DNA of 64,000 nt from Antedon mediterranea (Eukaryota > Animalia > Echinodermata): the NCBI RefSeq assembly GCF_964355755.1, contig NC_092678.1, positions 10,104,352 to 10,168,351 on the forward strand. The letters run 5' to 3'. Shown piece by piece: positions 53,279 to 64,000 of this stretch. Numbering within the stretch: position 1 is the first letter of the stretch; each line of letters opens with the position of its first letter. The notes beneath the pieces were generated by a model that was not told the DNA's origin, did no database searches, and saw only the letters and a list, made by a program, of their open reading frames with translations. Made by a program: the position numbers and the translations under genes.

Positions 53279-56200
53279 CAAGTTTTTTCGAAAAACACAA
53301 AATGGTCTAAAACGTCTCCAAATGCGATTTGAAGATATTCTGAGCACTTTGGTGTTTTTATGTTAAAAAGTATTTTCGAAAATCACAAAATGGTCTAAAA
53401 CGTCTCCAAATGCGATTTGAAGCTCTTCTGTACACTTTGATGTTTTGTGTGAAAAAGTTTAGTCGAAATGCTCAAAATGGTCTAAAACGTTTTTAAAACG
53501 ATATTAAGCTATTTTGTGCTCTTTGATGTTTTTGTGTAACCAAGTTTCATCGAAAATCACAAAATGGTCTAAAACGTCTCCAAATGCGATTTGAAGCTTT
53601 TCCAAGCACTTTGCTGTTTTTATGTTAACAAGTTTTTTCGAAAATCACAAAATGGTCTAAAACGTCTCAAAATGCGATTTGAAGGTATTCTGAGCACTTT
53701 GGTGTTTTTGTGTGAAAAGTTTTAACGAAATGCTCAAAATTGTCTAAAACGGTTTCTAATGTGATTTTAAGCACTTTGATGTTTTTGTAAAACCAAGTTT
53801 CATCGAAATGAACAAAATGGTCTAAAATGTCTCCAAATGCGATTTGAAGCTTTTCCAAGCACTTTGCTGTTTTTATGTTAACAAGCTTTTTCGAAAATCA
53901 CAAAATGGTCTAAAACGTCTCCAAATGCGATTTGAAGATATTCTGAGCACTTTGGTGTTTTTATGTTAAAAAGTTTTTTCGAAAATCACAAAATGGTCTA
54001 AAACGTCTCCAAATGCGATTTGAAGATATTCTAAGCACTTTGGTGTTTTTATGTTAACAAGTTTTTTCGAAAATCACAAAATGGTCTAAAACGTCTCCAA
54101 ATGCGATTTGAAGATATTCTAAGCACTTTGGTGTTTTTATGTTAACAAGTTTTTTCGAAAATCACAAAATGGTCTAAAACGTCTCCAAATGCGATTTGAA
54201 GATATTCTGAGCACTTTGGTGTTTTTCTGTTAAAAAGTATTTTCGAAAATCACAAAATGGTCTAAAACGTCTCCAAATGCGATTTGAAGCTCTTCTGTAC
54301 ACTTTGATGTTTTGTGTGAAAAAGTTTAGTCGAAATGCTCAAAATGGTCTAAAACGTTTTTAAAACGATATTAAGCTATTTTGTGCTCTTTGATGTTTTG
54401 TGTGAAAAAGTTTAGTCGAAATGCTCAAAATGGTCTAAAACGTTTTTAAAACGATATTAAGCTATTTTGTGCTCTTTGATGTTTTTGTGTAACCAAGTTT
54501 CATCGAAAATCACAAAATGGTCTAAAACGTCTCCAAATGCGATTTGAAGCTTTTCCAAGCACTTTGCTGTTTTTATGTTAACAAGTTTTTTCGAAAATCA
54601 CAAAATGGTCTAAAACGTCTCAAAATACGATATTAAGCTGTTTTGTGCACTTTGATGATTTGTGTGAAAAGTTTTAACGAAATGCTCAAAATGGTCTAAA
54701 ACGGTTTCTAATGTGATTTTAAGCACTTTGATGTTTTTATGTAGCCAAGTTTTTTCGAAAATCACAAAATGGTCAAAAACGTCTCCAAATGCGATTTGAA
54801 GCTTTTCTAAGCACTTTGGTTTTTTTATGTTAACAAGTTTTTTCGAAAATCACAAAATGGTCTAAAACGTCTTCAAATGCGATTTGAAGATATTCTGAGC
54901 ACTTTGGTGTTTTTCTGTTAAAAAGTATTTTCGAAAATCACAAAATGGCCTAAAACGTCTCCAAATGCGATTTGAAGCTATTCTGTACACTTTGATGTTT
55001 TGTGTGAAAAAGTTTTGTCAAAATGCTCAAAATGGTCTAAAACGTTTTTAAAACGATATTAAGCTATTTTGTGCTCTTTGATGTGTTTGTATAACCAAGT
55101 TTTTTCGAAAATCACAAAATGGTCTAAAACGTCTCCAAATGCGATTTGAAGCTTTTCCAAGCACTTTGCTGTTTTTATGTTAACAATTTTTTTCGAAAAT
55201 CATAAAATGGTCTAAAACGTCTCCAAATGCGATTTGAAGCTATTCTGTACACTTTGATGTTTTGTGTGAAAAGTTTTGTCGAAATGCTCAAAATGGTCTA
55301 AAACGTTTTTAAAACGATATTAAGCTATTTTGTGCTCTTTGATGTTTTTGTGTAACCAAGTTTCATCGAAATGCGCAAAATGGTCTAAAACGTCTCCAAA
55401 TGCGATTTGAAGCTTTTCTAAGCACTTTGGTGTTTTTATGTTAACAAGTTTTTTCGAAAATCACAAAATGGTCTAAAACGTCTCCAAATGCGATTTGAAG
55501 ATATTCTGAGCACTTTGCTGTTTTTATGTTAACAAGTTTTTTCGAAAATCACAAAATGGTCTAAAACGTCTCAAAATGCTATTTGAAGGTATTCTGAGCA
55601 CTTTGGTGTTTTTGTGTGAAAAGTTTTAACGAAATGCTCAAAATGGTCTAAAACGGTTCTAATGTGATTTTAAGCACTTTGATGTTTTTGTATAACCAAG
55701 TTTCATCGAAATGCTCAAAATGGTCTAAAACGTTTTTAAAACGATATTAAGCTATTTTGTGCTCTTTGATGTTTTTGTGTAACCAAGTTTTATCGAAATG
55801 AACAAAATGGTCTAAAACGTCTCCAAATGCGATTTGAAGCTTTTCTAAGCACTTTGCTGTTTTTATGTTAACAAGTTTTTTCGAAAATCACAAAATGGTC
55901 TAAAACGTCTCCAAATGCGATTTGAAGCTTTTCCAAGCACTTTGCTGTTTTTATGTTAACAAGTTTTTTCGAAAATCACAAAATGGTCTAAAACGTCTCC
56001 AAATGCGATTTGAAGATATTCTGAGCACTTTGCTGTTTTTATGTTAACAAGTTTTTTCGAAAATCACAAAATGGTCTAAAACGTCTCAAAATGCTATTTG
56101 AAGGTATTCTGAGCACTTTGGTGTTTTTGTGTGAAAAGTTTTAACGAAATGCTCAAAATGGTCTAAAACGGTTCTAATGTGATTTTAAGCACTTTGATGT

Positions 56201-59200
56201 TTTTGTATAACCAAGTTTCATCGAAATGCTCAAAATGGTCTAAAACGTTTTTAAAACGATATTAAGCTATTTTGTGCTCTTTGATGTTTTTGTGTAACCA
56301 AGTTTTATCGAAATGAACAAAATGGTCTAAAACGTCTCCAAATGCGATTTGAAGCTTTTCTAAGCACTTTGCTGTTTTTATGTTAACAAGTTTTTTCGAA
56401 AATCACAAAATGGTCTAAAACGTCTCCAAATGGGATTTGAAGCTTTTCTAAGCACTTTGGTGTTTTTATGTTAACAAGTTTTTTCGAAAATCACAAAATG
56501 GTCTAAAACGTCTCCAAATGCGATTTGAAGATATTCTGAGCACTTTGGTGTTTTTATGTTAAAAAGTTTTTTCGAAAATCACAAAATGGTCTAAAACGTC
56601 TCCAAATGCGAGTTGAAGCTATTCTGTACACTTTGATGTTTTGTGTGAAAAAGTTTTGTCGAAATGCTCAAAATGGTCTAAAACGTTTTTAAAACGATAT
56701 TAAGCTATTTTGTGCTCTTTGATGTTTTTGTGTAACCAAGTTTTTTCGAAAATCACAAAATGGTCTAAAACGTCTCCAAATGCGATTTGAAGCTTTTCTA
56801 AGCACTTTGGTGTTTTTATGTTAACAAGTTTTTTCGCAAATCACAAAATGGTCTAAAACGTCTCCAAATGCGATTTGAAGATATTCTGAGCACATTGGTG
56901 TTTTTATGTTAAAAAAGTTTTTTCGAAAATCACAAAATGGTCTAAAACGTTTCCAAATGCGATTTGAAGCTCTTCTGTACACTTTGATGTTTTGTGTGAA
57001 AAAGTTTTTTCGAAATGCTCAAAATGGTCTAAAACGTTTTTAAATACGATATTAAGCTGTTTTGTGCACTTTGATGGTTTGTGTGAAAAGTTTTAACGAA
57101 ATGCTCAAAATGGTCAAAAACGGTTTCTAATGTGATTTTAAGCACTTTGATGTTTTTGTGTAACCAAGTTTTTTCGAAAATCACAAATTGGTCTAAAACG
57201 TCTCCAAATGCGATTTGAAGCTTTTCTAAACACTTTGGTGCTTTTATGTTAACAAGTTTTTTCGAAAATCACAAAATGGTCTAAAACGTCTCCAAATGCG
57301 ATTTGAAGCTTTTCTAAACACTTTGGTGTTTTTATGTTAACAAGTTTTTTCGAAAATCACAAAATGGTCTAAAACGTCTTCAAATGCGATTTGAAGATAT
57401 TCTGAGCACTTTGGTGTTTTTCTGTTAAAAAGTTTTTTCGAAAATCACAAAATGGTCTAAAACGTCTCCAAATGCGATTTGAAGCTCTTCTGTACACTTT
57501 GATGTTTTGTGTGAAAAAGTTTTCTCGAAATGCTCAAAATGGTCTAAAACGTTTTCCAATACCATATTAAGCTATTTTGTGCAATTTGATGTTTTTATGT
57601 AACCAAGTTTTTTGAAATGCGATTTGAAGATATTCTGAGCACTTTGGTGTTTTTATGTTAAAAAGTTTTTTCGAAAATCACAAAATGGTCTAAAACGTCT
57701 CCAAATGCGATTTGAAGATATTCTGAGCACTTTGGTGTTTTTATGTTAAAAAGTTTTTTCGAAAATCACAAAATGGTCTAAAACGTCTCCAAATGCGATT
57801 TGAAGCTATTCTGTACACTTTGATGTTTTGTGTGAAAAAGTTTTGTCGAAATGCTCAAAATGGTCTAAAACGTTTTTAAAACGATATTAAGCTATTATGT
57901 GCTCTTTGATGTTTTTGTGTAACCAAGTTTTTTCGAAAATCACAAAATGGTCTAAAACGTCTCCAAATGCGATTTGAAGCTTTTCTAAGCACTTTGGTGT
58001 TTTTATGTTAACAAGTTTTTTCGAAAATCACAAAATGGTCTAAAACGTCTCAAAATGCGATTTGAAGGTATTCTGAGCACTTTGGTGTTTTTGTGTGAAA
58101 AGTTTTAACGAAATGCTCAAAATGGTCTAAAACGGTTTCTAATGTGATTTTAAGCACTTTGATGTTTTTGTGTAACCAAGTTTTTTCGAAAATCACAAAA
58201 TGGTCTAAAACGTCTCCAAATGCGATTTGAAGCTATTCTGTACACTTTGATGTTTTGTGTGAAAAAAGTTTTGTCGAAATGCTCAAAATGGTCTAAAACG
58301 TTTTTAAAACGATATTGAGCTATTTTGTGCTCTTTGATGTTTTTGTGTAACCAAGTTTTATCGAAATGAACAAAATGGTCTAAAACGTCTCCAAATGCGA
58401 TTTGAAGCTTTTCCAAGCACTTTGCTGTTTTTATATTAAGTTTTTTCGAAAATCACAAAATGGTCTAAAACGTCTCTAAATGCGATTTGAAGGTATTCTG
58501 AGCAATTTGGTGTTTTTGTGTGAAAAGTTTTAACGAAATGCTCAAAATTGTCTAAAACGGTTTCTAATGTGATTTTAAGCACTTTGATGTTTTTGTAAAA
58601 CCAAGTTTCATCGAAATGCACAAAATGGTCTAAAACGTCTCCAAATGCGATTTGAAGCTATTCTGTACACTTTGATGTTTTGTGTGAAAAAAGTTTTGTC
58701 GAAATGCTCAAAATGGTCTAAAACGTTTTTAAAACGATATTAAGCTATTTTGTGCTCTTTGATGTTTTTGTGTAACCAAGTTTTATCGAAATGAACAAAA
58801 TGGTCTAAAACGTCTCCAAATGCGATTTGAAGCTTTTCCAAGCACTTTGCTGTTTTTATGTTAACAGGTTTTTTCGAAAATCACAAAATGGTCTAAAACG
58901 TCTCAAAATGCGATTTGAAGGTATTCTGAGCACTTTGGTGTTTTTGTGTGAAAAGTTTTAACGAAATGCTCAAAATTGTCTAAAACGGTTTCTAATGTGA
59001 TTTTAAGCACTTTGATGTTTTTGTAAAACCAAGTTTCATCGAAATGCACAAAATGGTCTAAAATGTCTCCAAATGCGATTTGAAGCTTTTCCAAGCACTT
59101 TGCTGTTTTTATGTTAACAAGCTTTTTCGAAAATCACAAAAGGGTCTAAAACGTCTCCAAATGTGATTTGAAGATATTCTGAGCACTTTGGTATTTTTAT

Positions 59201-62200
59201 GTTAAAAAGTTTTTTCGAAAATCACAAAATGGTCTAAAACGTCTCCAAATGCGATTTGAAGATATTCTGAGCACTTTGGTGTTTTTATGTTAAAAAGTTT
59301 TTTCGAAAATCACAAAATGGTCTAAAACGTCTCCAAATGCGATTTGAAGCTATTCTGTACACTTTGATGTTTTGTGTGAAAAAGTTTTGTCGAAATGCTC
59401 AAAATGGTTTAAAACGTTTTTAAAACGATATTAAGCTATTTTGTGCTCTTTGATGTTTTTGTATAACCAAGTTTCATCGAAATGCACAAAATGGTCTAAA
59501 ACGTCTCCAAATACGATTTGAAGCTTTTCCAAGCACTTTGCTGTTTTTATGTTAACAAGTTTTTTCGAAAATCACAAAATTGTCTAAAACGTCTCAAAAT
59601 GCGATTTGAAGGTATTCTGAGCACTTTGGTGTTTTTGTGTGAAAAGTTTTAACGAAAAGCTCAAAATGGTCTAAAACGGTTCTAATGTGATTTTAAGCAC
59701 TTTGATGTTTTTGTACAACCAAGTTTCATCGAAATGCTCAAAATGGTCTAAAATGTTTTTAAAACGATATTAAGCTATTTTGTGCTCTTTGATGTTTTTG
59801 TGTAACCAAGTTTTTTTCGAAAATCACAAAATGGTCTAAAACGTCTCCAAATGCGATTTGAAGCTTTTCTAAGCACTTTGGTGTTTTTATGTTAACAAGT
59901 TTTTTCGAAAATCACAAAATGGTCTAAAACGTCTCAAAATGCGATTTGAAGGTATTCTGAGCACTTTGGTGTTTTTGTGTGAAAAGTTTTAACGAAATGC
60001 TCAAAATGGTCTAAAACGGTTTCTAATGTGATTTTAACCACTTTGATGTTTTTGTGTAACCAAGTTTTTTCGAAAATCACAAAATGGTCTAAAACGTCTC
60101 CAAATGCGATTTGAAGCTTTTCTAAGCACTTTGGTGTTTTTATGTTAACAAGTTTTTTCGAAAATCACAAAATGGTCTAAAACGTCTCCAAATGCGATTT
60201 GAAGCTATTCTGTACACTTTGATGTTTTGTGTGAAAAAAGTTTTGTCGAAATGCTCAAAATGGTCTAAAACGTTTTTAAAACGATATTAAGCTATTTTGT
60301 GCTCTTTGATGTTTTTGTGTAACCAAGTTTTATCGAAATGAACAAAATGTTCTAAAACGTCTCCAAATGCGATTTGAAGCTTTTCCAAGCACTTTGCTGT
60401 TTTTATGTTAAGTTTTTTCGAAAATCACAAATTGGTCTAAAACGTCTCTAAATGCGAGTTGAAGGTATTCTGAGCACTTTGGTGTTTTTGTGTGAAAAGT
60501 TTTAACGAAATGCTCAAAATTGTCTAAAACGGTTTCTAATGTGATTTTAAGCACTTTGATGTTTTTGTAAAACCAAGTTTCATCGAAATGCACAAAATGG
60601 TCTAAAACGTCTCCAAATGCGATTTGAAGCTTTTCCAAGCACTTTGCTGTTTTTATGTTAACAAGCTTTTTCGAAAATCACAAAATGGTCTAAAACGTCT
60701 CCAAATGCGATTTGAAGATATTCTGAGCACTTTGGTGTTTTTATGTTAAAAAGTTTTTTCGAAAATCACAAAATGGTCTAAAACGTCTCCAAATGCGATT
60801 TGAAGCTCTTCTGTACACTTTGATGTTTTGTGTGAATAAGTTTTGTCAAAATGCTCAAAATGGTCTAAAACGTTTTTAAAACGATATTAAGCTATTTTGT
60901 GCTCTTTGATGTTTTTGTATAACCAAGTTTTTTCGAAAATCACAAAAATGTCTAAAACGTCTCCAAATGCGATTTGAAGATATTCTGAGCACTTTGGTGT
61001 TTTTATGTTAAAAAGTTTTTTCGAAAATCACAAAATGGTCTAAAACGTCTCCAAATGCGATTTGAAGATATTCTGAGCACTTTGGTGTTTTGTGTGAAAA
61101 GTTTTGTCGAAATGCTCAAAATGGTCTAAAACGTTTTTAAAACGATATTAAGCTATTTTGTGCTCTTTGATGTTTTTGTGTAACCAAGTTTCATCGAAAT
61201 GAACAAAATGGTCTAAAACGTCTCCAAATGCGATTTGAAGCTTTTCTAAGCACTTTGGTGTTTTTATGTTAACAAGTTTTTTCGAAAATCACAAAATGGT
61301 CTAAAACGTCTCCAAATGCGATTTGAAGATATTCTGAGCACTTTGCTGTTTTTATGTTAACAAGTTTTTTCGAAAATCACAAAATGGTCTAAAACGTCTC
61401 AAAATGCTATTTGAAGGTATTCTGAGCACTTTGGTGTTTTTGTGTGAAAAGTTTTAACGAAATGCTCAAAATGGTCTAAAACGGTTCTAATGTGATTTTA
61501 AGCACTTTGATGTTTTTGTATAACCAAGTTTCATCGAAATGCTCAAAATGGTCTAAAACGTTTTTAAAACGATATTAAGCTATTTTGTGCTCTTTGATGT
61601 TTTTGTGTAACGAAGTTTCATCGAAATGAACAAAATGGTCTAAAACGTCTCCAAATGCGATTTGAAGCTTTTCCAAGCACTTTGCTGTTTTTATGTTAAC
61701 AAGTTTTTTCGAAAATCACAAAATGGCCTAAAACGTCTCAAAATGCGATTTCAAGGTATTCTGAGCACTTTGGTGTTTTTGTGTGAAAGGTTTTAACGAA
61801 ATGCTCAAAATGGTCTAAAACGGTTTCTAATGTGATTTTAAGCACTTTGATGTTTTTGTATAACCAAGTTTCATCGAAATGCACAAAATGGTCTAAAACG
61901 TCTCCAAATGCGATTTGAAGCTTTTCTAAGCACTTTGCTGTTTTTAAGTTAAAAAGTTTTTTCGAAAATCACAAAATGGTCTAAAACGTCTCCAAATGCG
62001 ATTTGAAGATATTCTGAGCACTTTGGTGTTTTTATGTTAAAAAGTTTTTTCGAAAATCACAAAATGGTCTAAAACGTCTCCAAATGCGATTTGAAGATAT
62101 TCTGAGCACTTTGGTGTTTTTATGTTAAAAAGTTTTTTCGAAAATCACAAAATGGTCTAAAACGTCTCCAAATGCGATTTGAAGCTATTCTGTACACTTT

Positions 62201-63986
62201 GATGTTTTGTGTGAAAAAGTTTTGTCGAAATGCTCAAAATGGTCTAAAACGTTTTTAAAACGATATTAAGCTATTTTGTGCTCTTTGATGTTTTTGTGTA
62301 ACCAAGTTTTATCGAAATGAACAAAATGGTCTAAAACGTCTCCAAATGCGATTTGAAGCTTTTCTAAGCACTTTGCTGTTTTTATTTTAACAAGTTTTTT
62401 CGAAAATCACAAAATGGTCTAAAACGTCTCCAAATGGGATTTGAAGCTTTTCTAAGCACTTTGGTGTTTTTATGTTAACAAGTTTTTTCGAAAAACACAA
62501 AATGGTCTAAAACGTCTCCAAATGCGATTTGAAGATATTCTGAGCACTTTGGTGTTTTTATGTTAAAAAGTATTTTCGAAAATCACAAAATGGTCTAAAA
62601 CGTCTCCAAATGCGATTTGAAGCTCTTCTGTACACTTTGATGTTTTGTGTGAAAAAGTTTAGTCGAAATGCTCAAAATGGTCTAAAACGTTTTTAAAACG
62701 ATATTAAGCTATTTTGTGCTCTTTGATGTTTTTGTGTAACCAAGTTTCATCGAAAATCACAAAATGGTCTAAAACGTCTCCAAATGCGATTTGAAGCTTT
62801 TCCAAGCACTTTGCTGTTTTTATGTTAACAAGTTTTTTCGAAAATCACAAAATGGTCTAAAACGTCTCAAAATGCGATTTGAAGGTATTCTGAGCACTTT
62901 GGTGTTTTTGTGTGAAAAGTTTTAACGAAATGCTCAAAATTGTCTAAAACGGTTTCTAATGTGATTTTAAGCACTTTGATGTTTTTGTAAAACCAAGTTT
63001 CATCGAAATGAACAAAATGGTCTAAAATGTCTCCAAATGCGATTTGAAGCTTTTCCAAGCACTTTGCTGTTTTTATGTTAACAAGCTTTTTCGAAAATCA
63101 CAAAATGGTCTAAAACGTCTCCAAATGCGATTTGAAGATATTCTGAGCACTTTGGTGTTTTTATGTTAAAAAGTTTTTTCGAAAATCACAAAATGGTCTA
63201 AAACGTCTCCAAATGCGATTTGAAGATATTCTAAGCACTTTGGTGTTTTTATGTTAACAAGTTTTTTCGAAAATCACAAAATGGTCTAAAACGTCTCCAA
63301 ATGCGATTTGAAGATATTCTAAGCACTTTGGTGTTTTTATGTTAACAAGTTTTTTCGAAAATCACAAAATGGTCTAAAACGTCTCCAAATGCGATTTGAA
63401 GATATTCTGAGCACTTTGGTGTTTTTCTGTTAAAAAGTATTTTCGAAAATCACAAAATGGTCTAAAACGTCTCCAAATGCGATTTGAAGCTCTTCTGTAC
63501 ACTTTGATGTTTTGTGTGAAAAAGTTTAGTCGAAATGCTCAAAATGGTCTAAAACGTTTTTAAAACGATATTAAGCTATTTTGTGCTCTTTGATGTTTTT
63601 GTGTAACCAAGTTTCATCGAAAATCACAAAATGGTCTAAAACGTCTCCAAATGCGATTTGAAGCTTTTCCAAGCACTTTGCTGTTTTTATGTTAACAAGT
63701 TTTTTCGAAAATCACAAAATGGTCTAAAACGTCTCAAAATACGATATTAAGCTGTTTTGTGCACTTTGATGATTTGTGTGAAAAGTTTTAACGAAATGCT
63801 CAAAATGGTCTAAAATGGTTTCTAATGTGATTTTAAGCACTTTGATGTTTTTATGTAGCCAAGTTTTTTCGAAAATCACAAAATGGTCAAAAACGTCTCC
63901 AAATGCGATTTGAAGCTTTTCTAAGCACTTTGGTGTTTTTATGTTAACAAGTTTTTTCGAAAATCACAAAATGGTCTAAAACGTCT
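47284..63986 (+). repeat. ~9.1-9.5-kb offset duplication: 47284-~54870 matches 56738-~63986
   Basis: Offset +9454 (48696, 48982, 49449), then +9200 (51208, 53667) after loss of a 254-bp trimer, then +9114 past an extra 86-bp monomer at ~54400. Confidence 0.88.
55430..56430 (+). repeat. Local 515-bp six-monomer tandem duplication (A-E-F-D-B-B)
   Basis: The rare ATGCTATTTG variant occurs at 55576 and 56091 (+515 = 88+87+77+87+88+88). Boundaries are approximate. Confidence 0.8.
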
Positions 63987-64000
63987 CCAAATGCAATTTG

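Larger units (their letters stand above)
1..64000 (+). repeat. Tandem satellite DNA array, ~88-bp monomer (78-88 bp variants), head-to-tail, running off both window ends; candidate centromeric/pericentromeric satellite
   Basis: The anchor GGTCTAAAAC recurs throughout, e.g. at 973, 1061, 1148, 1235, 1323, 1410, 1488, 1576 and 1663 (spacings 88, 87, 87, 88, 87, 78, 88, 87). Type A monomer (973-1060): GGTCTAAAACGTCTCCAAATGCGATTTGAAGATATTCTGAGCACTTTGGTGTTTTTATGTTAAAAAGTTTTTTCGAAAATCACAAAAT. No non-satellite sequence or inversion was seen. The centromeric role is inference only. Confidence 0.98.

Noticed and set aside
1436-63058. 37 short minus-strand ORFs (MEKLQIAFGDVLDHF..., 61-88 aa)
   Set aside because: They are translations of 2-3 satellite monomers. 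Most start at TTG, the 88-bp monomers shift frame, they recur only because the blocks are duplicated, and they show no recognisable domain or gene context.
1-64000. CRISPR-like look: a conserved ~36-bp core with variable intervals, GTTTTAG on the minus strand and an ATTTGAAG end
   Set aside because: The intervals are homologous to each other and fall into about 7 endlessly reused types rather than unique spacers. The core varies along with them, and there is no leader or cas gene.
1-64000. tRNA, 5S or snRNA tandem gene array, suggested by the 78-88 bp unit
   Set aside because: The unit is ~31% GC with no cloverleaf, no convincing A/B boxes and internal T-runs that would terminate Pol III.
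1-64000. Embedded transposon, telomeric repeat or inversion
   Set aside because: None was seen. Every stretch read aligns to the monomer in the same orientation.
1-64000. Assignment to a named satellite family or species
   Set aside because: I do not recognise the consensus. Similar length to other ~90-bp satellites is not evidence of homology, and a database search is needed.

Overview
The whole 64-kb window is one uninterrupted, single-orientation, AT-rich tandem satellite array. It has about 740 monomers of 78-88 bp, and a hand count gives ~31% GC for one monomer. I find no credible genes, RNA genes, transposons or CRISPR. The ORF-track entries are chance minus-strand readings of the repeat, useful only as position markers. 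The monomers fall into about 7 recurring types: A 88, B 88, C 87, D 87, E 87, F 78 and G 86 bp. Their order is constrained (C is followed by D, E or G by F) and appears to derive from a 691-bp 8-mer, E-F-B-A-A-C-D-B. Nested, nearly identical block duplications overlie this at offsets of 254, 515, 1816, ~4925, 5500, 7400, 9454/9200/9114 and 38253 bp, and shared SNPs let some of them be ordered in time. The architecture resembles a eukaryotic (peri)centromeric satellite with irregular higher-order repeats. Organism and function cannot be determined from the sequence alone. All alignments and SNP counts were made by eye, so the counts are minimums.
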